From contig OY762007.1 in assembly GCA_963665115.1 (NCBI GenBank), forward strand, positions 7,328,001 to 7,392,000: DNA of 64,000 nucleotides, written 5' to 3'. The notes under the pieces were generated by a model. The model saw only the letters and a program-made list of their open reading frames with translations, did not search any database and had not been told where the DNA came from. Shown piece after piece: positions 20,798 to 30,868 of the stretch (within the stretch, counting starts at the first letter, position 1; every line of letters starts with the position of its first letter). The DNA comes from an uncultured Rivularia sp. (GTDB lineage: Bacteria; Cyanobacteriota; Cyanobacteriia; Cyanobacteriales; Nostocaceae). Both the position numbers and the translations under genes were made by a program.

Positions 20798-20972
20798 ATG
20801 ACGTAGATGCAGCCATATATATTATGAGAAAATCTCAATAAATTTTACGGACATCCTTATCTATGTCCGTCCGAAATAATTCACAAATCTATACTTCTGC
20901 TTAAACTAAGTTAAATATTAATATTTAAAAAAAATATAACTCCTAACTCCCAACTCCTAACTCCTAATTTAT

Positions 20973-21383
20973 TTACGGCACAATCAATACCGGACAAGGA
21001 GTGAGATTAATCACCCGGTTGCTAACGCTATCGTGAGAGCCTTCATCTGTTAACCCCAATCCGCGACAACCCATAACAATTAAATTTGCTTTAATTTCAT
21101 CGGCAACATCGCAAATCACGAAAGCGGGTTGTCCTTCTTTTTCTAAGATTTCCGCTTCTATTCCCTGGCTCGAAAAGAAAGCTTGAGCATCTTTGAGCAA
21201 CTGTTCAACCTTTTTTGCTGACTTCATAACATCATCGTTGGATGATTCGGAAGGAGTAGCTTGCTCTACTACACTCAGTAATACTAAGTGGCTTTGATGC
21301 ACTTGTACTAGTTTGGCGACAAACTCTGCTGCTTCCCGTGCTTCCCGACTTTGATCCACTGGAAAAAGAATTGTTTTGAACAT
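20973..21383 (-). CDS. Universal stress protein
   Basis: MFKTILFPVD, LIVMGCRG, SVSNRVINLTPCPVLIVP. Confidence 0.93.
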   Translation of the reverse strand: MFKTILFPVDQSREAREAAEFVAKLVQVHQSHLVLLSVVEQATPSESSNDDVMKSAKKVEQLLKDAQAFFSSQGIEAEILEKEGQPAFVICDVADEIKANLIVMGCRGLGLTDEGSHDSVSNRVINLTPCPVLIVP

Positions 21384-21473
21384 CGGATTCCCTTGTGACC
21401 CCTTAACTCTGTAAAATCTTGATAGTCCTATTTTCAATCACATTAACAAAAAGGCGATCGGGAGAGTTTAATT

Positions 21474-22678
21474 ATGTCCAAAAAAAGTTTAGCAAATTTA
21501 TCTAAAAGCGACTTGCAAGGTAAACGTGCTTTGGTAAGAGCGGATTTCAACGTTCCTTTGGATGATGCAGGCAATATCACAGATGATACGCGCATCCGGG
21601 CAGCATTACCTACAATTCAAGATTTGATTAGCAAAGACGCTAAAGTGATTCTAGCTAGTCACTTTGGAAGACCAAAAGGTGAAGTCAAGGATAAATTACG
21701 CTTAACCCCAGTTGCTAAAAGGCTTTCTGAGTTGTTAGGCAAAGAAGTTGTCAAATGCGATGACTGTATTGGTGATGATGTCACAAACAAAGTTGGGGCA
21801 TTGCAAAACGGAGACGTACTTTTATTAGAAAACGTCCGTTTTCACAGTGAAGAGGAGAAAAACGACTCCGAATTTGCGAAAAAATTAGCGTCAAATGCCG
21901 ATTTGTATGTAAATGATGCTTTCGGTACCGCTCACCGCGCCCATGCCTCCACTGAAGGCGTAACTCACTATCTCACTCCTTCCATAGCTGGATATTTGAT
22001 TGAGAAGGAATTACAGTATTTACAAAACGCCATTGAAAACCCCCAGCGTCCTTTAGCAGCAATTATCGGTGGTTCCAAGGTTTCCAGCAAAATCGGTGTA
22101 ATTGAAACCCTACTCGATAAATGCGACAAGCTAATTATCGGTGGTGGAATGATTTTCACATTCTACAAAGCCCGTGGTTTGAAGGTTGGTAAATCTTTAG
22201 TAGAAGAAGACAAATTAGAATTAGCGAAAACTTTGGAAGCTAAAGCCAAAGAAAAAGGCGTAGATTTATTATTACCTACAGATGTAGTTGTAGCAGATAA
22301 CTTTGCTGCCGATGCTAATTCTCAACCGTCAGCGTCGAAAATATTCCCGATGGTTGGATGGGCTTGGATATTGGACCAGATTCCGTGAAAAAGTTCCAGG
22401 AAGCCCTTGGAGACTGTAAATCAGTGATTTGGAACGGTCCTATGGGCGTATTTGAATTCGATAAATTCGCTGCTGGTACCGAGGCGATCGCCCATACTTT
22501 AGCTGACTTGAGCAAGAAAGGTGCTACCACAATTATTGGTGGGGGTGACTCCGTTGCAGCCGTGGAAAAAGTTGGTTTAGCCGACCAAATGAGCCATATT
22601 TCCACTGGTGGTGGTGCTAGTTTGGAATTGCTTGAAGGTAAGACATTACCCGGCATTGCAGCATTGAATGATGCTTAA
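21474..22678 (+). CDS. pgk: Phosphoglycerate kinase (apparent 1-bp deletion near 22324, likely sequencing error)
   Basis: [24 protein letters not shown] in ORF 21474-22388; [22 protein letters not shown] in ORF 22358-22678. Confidence 0.95.
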
Positions 22679-22734
22679 TTAGTTATTAGTGGTTAGTTGT
22701 TAGTTGCGAATTAACAATTAACACACAACTTTAA

Positions 22735-22844
22735 GTTTGTAGTAAGGACTTTAGTCCTCTTTCTTCCTGGTTAATAAATGAGAAAAGTGAGAATTATTTA
22801 CCTTGAAGATAATGGAAACAAGGGCTAAAGCCTTTACTACGAAC
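22735..22844. repeat. Inverted pair of REP-like hairpins
   Basis: gtttgtagtaaggactttagtcct ... agggctaaagcctttactacgaac. Confidence 0.6.
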
Positions 22845-22882
22845 GAACAAGAATTACATGAATTGCGATCGGAAAATAACCA

Positions 22883-23500
22883 ATGCAACCCAAATGGTTA
22901 GAATGGGCACAGAAAATTCAAGCTACTGCTCAAAATGGTTTAACGTATACAAAAAATATTTTTGACATCGAACGTTATCAGTATTTGCAGAAACTAGCAG
23001 CGGAAATTATTGCGAATCATACAAATGTTGAACAAAGTTATTTACAAGATTTGTTTACCAAAGAAACTGGATATGCTACTCCTAAAGTAGATGTGAGGGG
23101 TGCAGTTTTTCAAGATAATAAAATATTGTTGGTGAAAGAACGTTCTGATGGTTGTTGGACTTTACCCGGTGGATGGGCTGATATCGGTGAGTCTCCCAGT
23201 GAATCTGTAGTCAAGGAAATTTTGGAAGAATCTGGTTATCATGCCCGCGCTACAAAATTGATAGCTGTTTACGATAGAGATAAACAGGGACATCCACCCC
23301 ATCCAAATTATATTTATAAATTATTTTTTCAATGCGAACTTATTGGTGGTTCAGCTTCTATAAGTATTGAAACTGAAGATGTGGGATTTTTTGCAGAAGA
23401 TAATATTCCGCAATTATCATTAGGACGCATCTTACCGAATCAAATTACTAAATTATTTGAATATTATCGCAACCCGGATTTAGCTACAGATTTTGATTAA
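22883..23500 (+). CDS. NUDIX hydrolase (YjhB-like, with Nudix_N domain)
   Basis: GYATPKVDVRGAVF and Nudix box GGWADIGESPSESVVKEILEESG. Confidence 0.92.
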   Translation: MQPKWLEWAQKIQATAQNGLTYTKNIFDIERYQYLQKLAAEIIANHTNVEQSYLQDLFTKETGYATPKVDVRGAVFQDNKILLVKERSDGCWTLPGGWADIGESPSESVVKEILEESGYHARATKLIAVYDRDKQGHPPHPNYIYKLFFQCELIGGSASISIETEDVGFFAEDNIPQLSLGRILPNQITKLFEYYRNPDLATDFD

Positions 23501-23835
23501 TTTGTTAAAAAAGAATATTTGTTTATTACTATGTAAAGTTATAGGAATATTCTATATCGAAAGTAGTAGATATGAAGCTAACTATTACTTTTGATAGATT
23601 GGTTAATAATCGAAGCCTGAGATATTAATATACGGATTGAAAATTAACTCAAAGATATAGAAAGATACTTTAGTATTTTTTATTTTTAAAGAATACTAAA
23701 TTTTCCTTTGCTATTAAAGTGTTAATAGAGAATCGATTATTTTCTGGTAGTAATTCGTAGAATACTATTGAATTAATTATACCAAAAAAGCTAATTTTCC
23801 ATAGTTATTGCGAACTATTATCAGTCAATAATTTC

Positions 23836-25590
23836 ATGGCTAATCTTTTAGTGGAGGGCAATCAAAAAAACAGAAAAACATCCGTTGTCAAAAACCATGC
23901 AAGGAGAAATATGGATACGGAATCACAACTTTTTCAAACCGATGCTTTTCTTCCGGTAAATCTTTTAGAAGAATCGAATTTTAATGAAACGAATGTCAGT
24001 ACCTCGATATCAGACATAGGATCTATCGAACCTTTAGCCATTGAGAATGTTGACTATTTCAATTCGATGGATGCGAATATAGAAAGCGATGTTTTGATAG
24101 ATTCGGATAGCCTCAATAGTAATGAAGATTCAGACCAAATTACAGGAACTGAAAATGCTGCTGTTTTAGTAGGAGCGTCTCTTACACCAACTATCTCTCC
24201 GACTCCTCAAAGTGCTGGTGGCAAGGTTTATTACGTTTCTCCAAGCGGTAGCGATGAAAATTCCGGTTCGCAAAATAGTCCTTGGAAAAGTATTAATTAT
24301 GCAGTGAGTGAAGATTCTCCTATCGCTGCGGGTGATACCGTTTTAGTTCAACCGGGTACTTATACAGAGTTAATTAGCCTTGGTAAATCTGGTAGCGATT
24401 CCCAGAGAATTACCCTCAAAGCCAACGGCGATGTAACATTGCGCGACCCCAATCCTAATAGCGGTGGTTTTCCAGAAGGTGTGATTCAATCACCCGGACA
24501 GAGCAACTGGGTAATTGATGGTTTTCGGATAGAAAATACATCTTGGGCTGGAATATCTCTAAGCGACGCTAAAAATATCACCGTTCAGAACAACGAAACT
24601 TATCAAACTGGAAGTTCTGGAATCATTGCTTTACCCAAAACCTTTTTTGGAGGTGGAGAAAAAGAAATTACCGGAAGCAATGTCAAGATACTTAACAATA
24701 CTGTCGAACGAGCTAACTGGAAATGGGATGGCCCCGGAGATACCGATGGCGATCAAGAAGCATTGAGCATCTGGGGTGTTGATGGTTTTGAGGTTGCAAA
24801 CAATACGATGATTGACGGTAAGCGAGAAGGTTTAGATATCAAAGTGGGTTCTCGCAACGGTTTGATTCACGATAATTCCATCACCACTCAAGCTCTGATT
24901 TCCGGTACTTACGAAGGTTTTAGGGGTGGTGCTGCTATCTATGTAGATGGTAATCGAGCCGATTCATTTAACCTTGACATTTATAACAACGAAATCTTTG
25001 CTAATACTGCTGATGCAATTTTGCTAGCAGATGAAGTTCCCAGTGTCGGGGATGTTTCTGACATCAATATCTACAACAACGTCATTTATGGTAACGGAAG
25101 ACGGGTTGAAAATGGTGGTGTAGGAGTTGCGATCGCCAACAATGTAAAGGATGTAGAGATTGTAAATAACACTTTTGCCAATAATGTTCAAGGGATTAAC
25201 ATCGATAATAAGAATAGCGGTTACAATCCTCGCGACATCTTGATTCGCAACAATATTTTTTCTGACAACAGTTACCAAAATGTATATTTTGAAGATGCAA
25301 GTAACGTAACTTTAGACAATAACTTGTTTACGAATACAGAAGAAAATGCAGATAAAACCGAAATTCTTTATGACGGAGGGCAAAGAGTCGGGAATCTTAA
25401 CGTTTTCGATAATGAGTTAGCCCAATCAGTTGATTTTGTTAATTTAGAAGGCAACGATTACCGTCTTATATCCAACTCGCCAGCAATTGATATTGCTTCT
25501 TCCTCAATTGGTGACTATGCACAATTTGATAAAGATGGAAATCAACGTAGTGGTGGTAGCGGAGTTGATGCAGGTGCTTATGAATTTTAG
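23836..25590 (+). CDS. Right-handed beta-helix (DUF1565/pectate-lyase-like) protein
   Basis: YYVSPSGSDENSGS..PWKSI, PGTY, repeated IYNN/IVNNT strands, C-terminal DAGAYEF; start may be 23911. Confidence 0.85.
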   Translation: MANLLVEGNQKNRKTSVVKNHARRNMDTESQLFQTDAFLPVNLLEESNFNETNVSTSISDIGSIEPLAIENVDYFNSMDANIESDVLIDSDSLNSNEDSDQITGTENAAVLVGASLTPTISPTPQSAGGKVYYVSPSGSDENSGSQNSPWKSINYAVSEDSPIAAGDTVLVQPGTYTELISLGKSGSDSQRITLKANGDVTLRDPNPNSGGFPEGVIQSPGQSNWVIDGFRIENTSWAGISLSDAKNITVQNNETYQTGSSGIIALPKTFFGGGEKEITGSNVKILNNTVERANWKWDGPGDTDGDQEALSIWGVDGFEVANNTMIDGKREGLDIKVGSRNGLIHDNSITTQALISGTYEGFRGGAAIYVDGNRADSFNLDIYNNEIFANTADAILLADEVPSVGDVSDINIYNNVIYGNGRRVENGGVGVAIANNVKDVEIVNNTFANNVQGINIDNKNSGYNPRDILIRNNIFSDNSYQNVYFEDASNVTLDNNLFTNTEENADKTEILYDGGQRVGNLNVFDNELAQSVDFVNLEGNDYRLISNSPAIDIASSSIGDYAQFDKDGNQRSGGSGVDAGAYEF

Positions 25591-26184
25591 AAAATAGTTT
25601 TTTAGAACTATGGGTTACACTTTACTGACTTCAGTGAATTGATGTAACTCATTTCTCATATTTAGTAAACAGTCTTTGTTTTATAAGTAACTTTACTGAA
25701 AAAAAGTATAAACCCCCTGTTTTAAGTTTTTAAATAACTATGCTTTTATGCTTCGGAATTTAAGTTATACCAATAAAAATTGATTAAATTAAGTTTTTTT
25801 ACTTATTGAGTATAAAAGGTTTATCAAAAACTATTTAAATTTAAGACTTTTAACTATTCGCGCATCGATCCCGAATTAGGTGCTAGCTCTGAAGAAATAT
25901 ACTTTTCAAGTGGTTAAGATGACCTTAATCACTTTTAGATGCGGTTAATCGTTGTTATTTATGGAAATAAAATATTTATTTTTCGTTGTTCAAGTAAAAA
26001 TAGCTGACTGCAACTTAAATCAATAAATATTTATATAAATTGTTTAAATAAATAAACCGCATAAAAAAAACTTTTGTTTAAAGAAAATTGGAATTAGTAA
26101 TTTCGTTGATCGATTTTGCTAACCATTTTCTTCGTTCGATAAATCTTTAAATTAAGACTCTATATTGATTGGGAGTGCATATAA

Positions 26185-29100
26185 ATGATTAATAACAATT
26201 CAGGTTTAAAATTCTCTAATTTGGACGGCGAGAATAATTTAATATCAGATGAAATGAAGCCACTTTCTCTTGCCGAACTATTAGCCGCTCACGATCATGG
26301 TGACGACGAACACCACGAACACGACCATGATTTTGCCGGTGACGATGAACACCACGAACATGACGAACACGACCATGATTTTGCTGGTGACGATGAACAC
26401 CACGAACATGACGAACACGACCATGATTTTGCTGGTGACGATGAACACCACGAACATGACGAACACGACTATGATTTTGCCGGTAGCGATTCAACAAATA
26501 CAGATTCAGCTCCAATATCTGTATCTGCCAATGTTATAAATCCTCCTACAGCCACAATTGACGTTAATTATTATGGCTTTTCCGAAGAAGCTAAAAATGC
26601 TTTTGAATATGCAGTAACAATCTGGGAAGGATGGATCAAATCAGACGTTGCAATTGAAGTTGATGCTTACTGGCAAGATTTAAGTCAATACGGTTCTGGT
26701 GTTCTTGGTGCGGCTTCACCATACAGTTTTAAAAGAAATTTTACTGGTGCAACTCAAGAGAATACCTACTATGCAATGCCATTAGCTAATCATTTAGCTG
26801 GTGAAGACTTAAACGGCGATCGCGCTGAAATTGAAGCTTGGTTTAACAGCGATTTTTCTAAGTGGGATTTTGGTACTGACGGTAAACCATCAACAGGTAA
26901 ATATGATTTTACAACCGTAGTCTTGCACGAGTTAGGACATGGTTTTGGATTAACGGATTTTATAGACTACAACAATGGTAAAGGTAGTTATGGAAATACA
27001 ATTTTTGAAAGCTTTATAGTTAATAGTGATAATCAAAGTCTCAATACGTTTGAAAATAATTCTAAGGAATTAGGAAAGCAGTTAACTAGCAACAACCTGT
27101 TTTTTAGCGGTGCTAACACAACAGAAGCTAATGGTGGCGAACAAATCAAGTTATATGCGCCTGGTAAATGGGAATATGGCTCCAGCATCGCCCATTTTGA
27201 TGAGAAAACATACACCAAAGGTGATGCAGCTTTGATGACACCTTATTTCAAAGGTGGTGAAGCAATTCATAATCCTGGTGCGATTACTTTGGGTGTTTTA
27301 GAAGATTTGGGCTGGGATATTAACAAGGTTGATACTAAATCCCCTAAAATTACACCTACCTCACAGGAAGACACTCCAACAGCGCAAGCAAACATTATCA
27401 AAATTGAGGAAAGTGAACTTACTTCCTACGCAGGGCAAGACAAAGATTCAATATTAACCATCTCAGATAACTTTCAAGAGATCGCAATTAACGGAAATGG
27501 TTGGAAGAAACTTGCAATAGACTACTCCATTACTGAAAAAACCATCTTAGAATTTGAATTCCAAAGCGATATCAGAGGAGAGATTCAAGGTATCGGCTTT
27601 GATACTGACGATAAGTTTGGCAGTAAAACTGATAAAAAGATATTTTTCCAGCTAGAAGGAACTGACAAACTTGGTGTTCGCGACTTTAAGCAAGATATTA
27701 CCGGACAAGGTTGGAAAACTTATCAAATTACGGTTGGAGACTACTTCAGTGGCGATTTTAACTATCTTACCTTTGTTAACGACCACGATAAAGGCGACAA
27801 AAATGCAGCTAGTAAGTTTCGCAATCTAAGATTATACGAAGAAGGTCAACAGTTTGCACCAGTAGAAACTCCAACTGCTCCTGCACCAGTCGAAAATCCC
27901 GTTGCTCCAACAGTAGAGACTCCCATTGCTGCACCAGTCGAAAATCCCGTTGCTCCAACAGTAGAGACTCCAACAACACAACCAAGCATTATTCAAATAG
28001 AGGAAAGTAAACTTACTTCCTATGCTGGGCAAGACGAAAATTCTACCTTTGCGATCTCAGATAACTTTCAAGAAATAGAAATTCAAGGAAATGGTTGGAA
28101 GAAACTTGCTTTAGACTACGCAATTACCGATAAAACAATTCTAGAATTTGAATTTCAAAGCGATATCAAGGGAGAGATTCAAGGTATTGGCTTTGATACT
28201 GACGACAAGTTCGGTAGTAGCGACGATAAAAAGCTATTATTCCAGTTAGAAGGAAGTCAAACAGCCGGTGTTTCTGACTTCAAAGACAATGTTACAGCAC
28301 AAGGTTGGAAAACTTATCAAATAACGGTGGGAGATTACTTTAGTGGTAATGTTAACTATCTCACATTCGTTAACGACCATGATGGTGGCGATAAAAATGC
28401 AGCTAGTAAATATCGCAACTTAAGGTTATACGAAGAAGGTCAACAGTTTGCACCAGTAGAGACTCCAATTCTTCCACCATTAGAAACTCCAATTACTCCA
28501 CCAGTAGAGACTCCAACAACACAACCAAGCATTATTCAAATAGAGGAAAGTAAACTTACTTCCTATGCTGGGCAAGACGAAAATTCTACCTTTGCTATCT
28601 CAGATAACTTTCAAGAAATAGAAATTCAAGGAAATGGTTGGAAGAAACTTGCTTTCGACTATGCAATTACCGATAAAACAATTTTAGAATTTGAATTTCA
28701 AAGCGATATCAAGGGAGAGATTCAAGGTATCGGCTTTGATACTGACGATAAGTTTGGTAGTAAAACTGATAAAAAGATATTTTTCCAGCTAGAAGGAGCT
28801 GACAAACTTGGTGTTCGCGACTTTAAGCAAGATATTACCGGACAAGGTTGGAAAACTTATCAAATTACGGTTGGAGACTACTTCAGTGGCGATTTTAACT
28901 ATCTTACCTTTGTTAACGACCACGATAAAGGCGACAAAAATGCAGCTAGTAAGTTTCGCAATCTAAGATTATACGAAGAAGGTCAACAATTTCTACCAGT
29001 AGAGACTCCAATTCTTCCACCATTAGAAACTCCAATTACTCCACCAGTAGAGACTCCAACAACACAACCAAGCATCATTAAGATTGAGCAAGACAAACTT

Positions 29101-30042
29101 ACTTCCTACGCAGGGCAAGACAAAGATCCTATCTTTAATATCTCAGATAACAATCAAGAGATAGAAATTAACGGAAATGGTTGGAAGAAACTTGCAATAG
29201 ACTACTCCATTACTGAAAAAACCATTTTAGAATTTGAATTCCAAAGCGATATCAGAGGAGAGATTCAAGGTATCGGCTTTGATACTGACGATAAGTTTGG
29301 TAGTAAAACTGATAAAAAGATATTTTTCCAGCTAGAAGGAACTGACAAACTTGGTGTTCGCGACTTTAAGCAAGATATTACCGGACAAGGTTGGAAAACT
29401 TATCAAATTACGGTTGGAGACTACTTCAGTGGCGATTTTAACTATCTTACCTTTGTTAACGACCACGATAAAGGCGACAAAAATGCAGCTAGTAAGTTTC
29501 GCAATCTCAAACTTTATGAAGGTGATACGAATAAATTAAGTCAAGCTAATACCGATGAAAATTCCGATTTCACATTAACAATAAAAGACAGTACCAAAAA
29601 TTTCAATCTTTCTTCCTACGGTGGTACAAATCAAGACAGAGGGAAATTTCAGATTTCAGATGACAAAACCGAAGTTAATATCGAAGGTAACAGTTGGAAT
29701 AAATTAGATATTAATAACTACAACGTCACCGAAAATACCGTTCTCAAATTTGAATTTCAAAGTAATGAAGAAGCAGAAATTCAGGGTATTGGTTTTGATA
29801 ACGACGATATTATCAGTGGTGGCGATCGCTCTAACTTATTCCAAGTTGCAGGAACTCAAGACTGGGGTATCGAATTAGAAGATAGCTACACCATCGGTTC
29901 CGGATGGCAAACTTATGAAGTCAACGTCGGAGACTATATAAGCGGTGCATTCGACTATCTCACCTTAGCCAATGATGACGATATTTCCAATTCAACAGCA
30001 CAAAGTCAGTTCCGCAACATTTCCCTATCTGAGATGGGATAA
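26185..30042 (+). CDS. Large zinc metalloprotease-like protein with His/Asp repeat and five repeated beta-rich domains
   Basis: VLHELGHGFG, distal SSIAHFDE, ALMTP Met-turn-like; five ~150-aa repeats, mostly joined by Pro/Thr linkers. Confidence 0.8.
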   Translation: MINNNSGLKFSNLDGENNLISDEMKPLSLAELLAAHDHGDDEHHEHDHDFAGDDEHHEHDEHDHDFAGDDEHHEHDEHDHDFAGDDEHHEHDEHDYDFAGSDSTNTDSAPISVSANVINPPTATIDVNYYGFSEEAKNAFEYAVTIWEGWIKSDVAIEVDAYWQDLSQYGSGVLGAASPYSFKRNFTGATQENTYYAMPLANHLAGEDLNGDRAEIEAWFNSDFSKWDFGTDGKPSTGKYDFTTVVLHELGHGFGLTDFIDYNNGKGSYGNTIFESFIVNSDNQSLNTFENNSKELGKQLTSNNLFFSGANTTEANGGEQIKLYAPGKWEYGSSIAHFDEKTYTKGDAALMTPYFKGGEAIHNPGAITLGVLEDLGWDINKVDTKSPKITPTSQEDTPTAQANIIKIEESELTSYAGQDKDSILTISDNFQEIAINGNGWKKLAIDYSITEKTILEFEFQSDIRGEIQGIGFDTDDKFGSKTDKKIFFQLEGTDKLGVRDFKQDITGQGWKTYQITVGDYFSGDFNYLTFVNDHDKGDKNAASKFRNLRLYEEGQQFAPVETPTAPAPVENPVAPTVETPIAAPVENPVAPTVETPTTQPSIIQIEESKLTSYAGQDENSTFAISDNFQEIEIQGNGWKKLALDYAITDKTILEFEFQSDIKGEIQGIGFDTDDKFGSSDDKKLLFQLEGSQTAGVSDFKDNVTAQGWKTYQITVGDYFSGNVNYLTFVNDHDGGDKNAASKYRNLRLYEEGQQFAPVETPILPPLETPITPPVETPTTQPSIIQIEESKLTSYAGQDENSTFAISDNFQEIEIQGNGWKKLAFDYAITDKTILEFEFQSDIKGEIQGIGFDTDDKFGSKTDKKIFFQLEGADKLGVRDFKQDITGQGWKTYQITVGDYFSGDFNYLTFVNDHDKGDKNAASKFRNLRLYEEGQQFLPVETPILPPLETPITPPVETPTTQPSIIKIEQDKLTSYAGQDKDPIFNISDNNQEIEINGNGWKKLAIDYSITEKTILEFEFQSDIRGEIQGIGFDTDDKFGSKTDKKIFFQLEGTDKLGVRDFKQDITGQGWKTYQITVGDYFSGDFNYLTFVNDHDKGDKNAASKFRNLKLYEGDTNKLSQANTDENSDFTLTIKDSTKNFNLSSYGGTNQDRGKFQISDDKTEVNIEGNSWNKLDINNYNVTENTVLKFEFQSNEEAEIQGIGFDNDDIISGGDRSNLFQVAGTQDWGIELEDSYTIGSGWQTYEVNVGDYISGAFDYLTLANDDDISNSTAQSQFRNISLSEMG
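26290..26484 (+). repeat. 48-bp coding tandem repeat (DDEHHEHDEHDHDFAG)
   Basis: Three full units plus one shortened unit. Confidence 0.95.
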
Positions 30043-30098
30043 GGGAGTAGGGAGTAGTTGGGAATTTTCTACCCTCTCTTCCCCCTCTTCCCCTCTCA

Positions 30099-30536
30099 CT
30101 ATTTCTCTCCAGCGCCAGCCATCAGACTTTCTTCAAGTTTCTGCAACTGAGGTGTTAATCTACCTCTAGGAATTTTCAAAAGTAGATGATTCTTAGCCTG
30201 AAAAGCTTTAACCAAATATTTGCAGGCTTTTTCAGGTTCTGCATTTTCTCCGCAGGTAAACATATCTACAGCGATATAGCCAATTTCAGGCCAGGTGTGA
30301 AGCGAAACGTGAGACTCTGCTAACAGTGCTAAAGCCGTTACACCGTATGGTTCAAATTGATGCGTCAATTCCTTGAGCAAAGTTGAGTCAGCTTCTTTGA
30401 CTCCTTCTTCCAAAGCTTTTTTAATAAAATCAACATCGTTAAGCAAATCTTTAGGACAGTCATACAGTTCCAAAAGACAGTGACTACCCACCGGAACCAA
30501 AGGAGTGTCTGTTTCTAAATATGATTGATTTCCCAA
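30099..30536 (-). CDS. speD: S-adenosylmethionine decarboxylase proenzyme family
   Basis: GSHCLLELYDC, LLAESHVSLHTWPE, DMFTCG; probable TTG start at 30536. Confidence 0.9.
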   Translation of the reverse strand: MGNQSYLETDTPLVPVGSHCLLELYDCPKDLLNDVDFIKKALEEGVKEADSTLLKELTHQFEPYGVTALALLAESHVSLHTWPEIGYIAVDMFTCGENAEPEKACKYLVKAFQAKNHLLLKIPRGRLTPQLQKLEESLMAGAGEK

Positions 30537-30596
30537 TTTATCACCCTTTAACAACAAGCTTGTGATTGTATCATTTATCAGTGACCAATGACCAGT

Positions 30597-30815
30597 TAAG
30601 GTCAAAGGTTAAAGGTTAAAGGTCAAAGGTTAAAGGTCAAAGGTTAAAGGTCAAAGGTTAAAGGTCAAAGGTTAAAGGTCAAAGGTTAAAGGTCAAAGGT
30701 TAAAGGTCAAAGGTTAAAGGTCAAAGGTTAAAGGTCAAAGGTTAAAGGTCAAAGGTTAAAGGTCAAAGGTTAAAGGTCAAAGGTTAAAGGTTAAAGGTTA
30801 AAGGTTAAAGGTTAA
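30597..30815. repeat. 14-bp tandem array (AAAGGTCAAAGGTT)n
   Basis: About 220 bp, almost perfect. Confidence 0.95.
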
Positions 30816-30868
30816 AATTATTTCTGTCCCCTTGTCCCCCCATCTCCCCACCTCCCCATCCCTTCTAA

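Noticed and set aside
21474..22678. pgk as a true pseudogene or programmed frameshift
   Set aside because: Core enzyme, single indel, no slippery heptamer or further decay; sequencing error is more likely
26216..26539. Repetitive alternative-frame ORFs and a CRISPR-like periodic look
   Set aside because: Units are contiguous 48-bp in-frame coding repeats with no unique spacers
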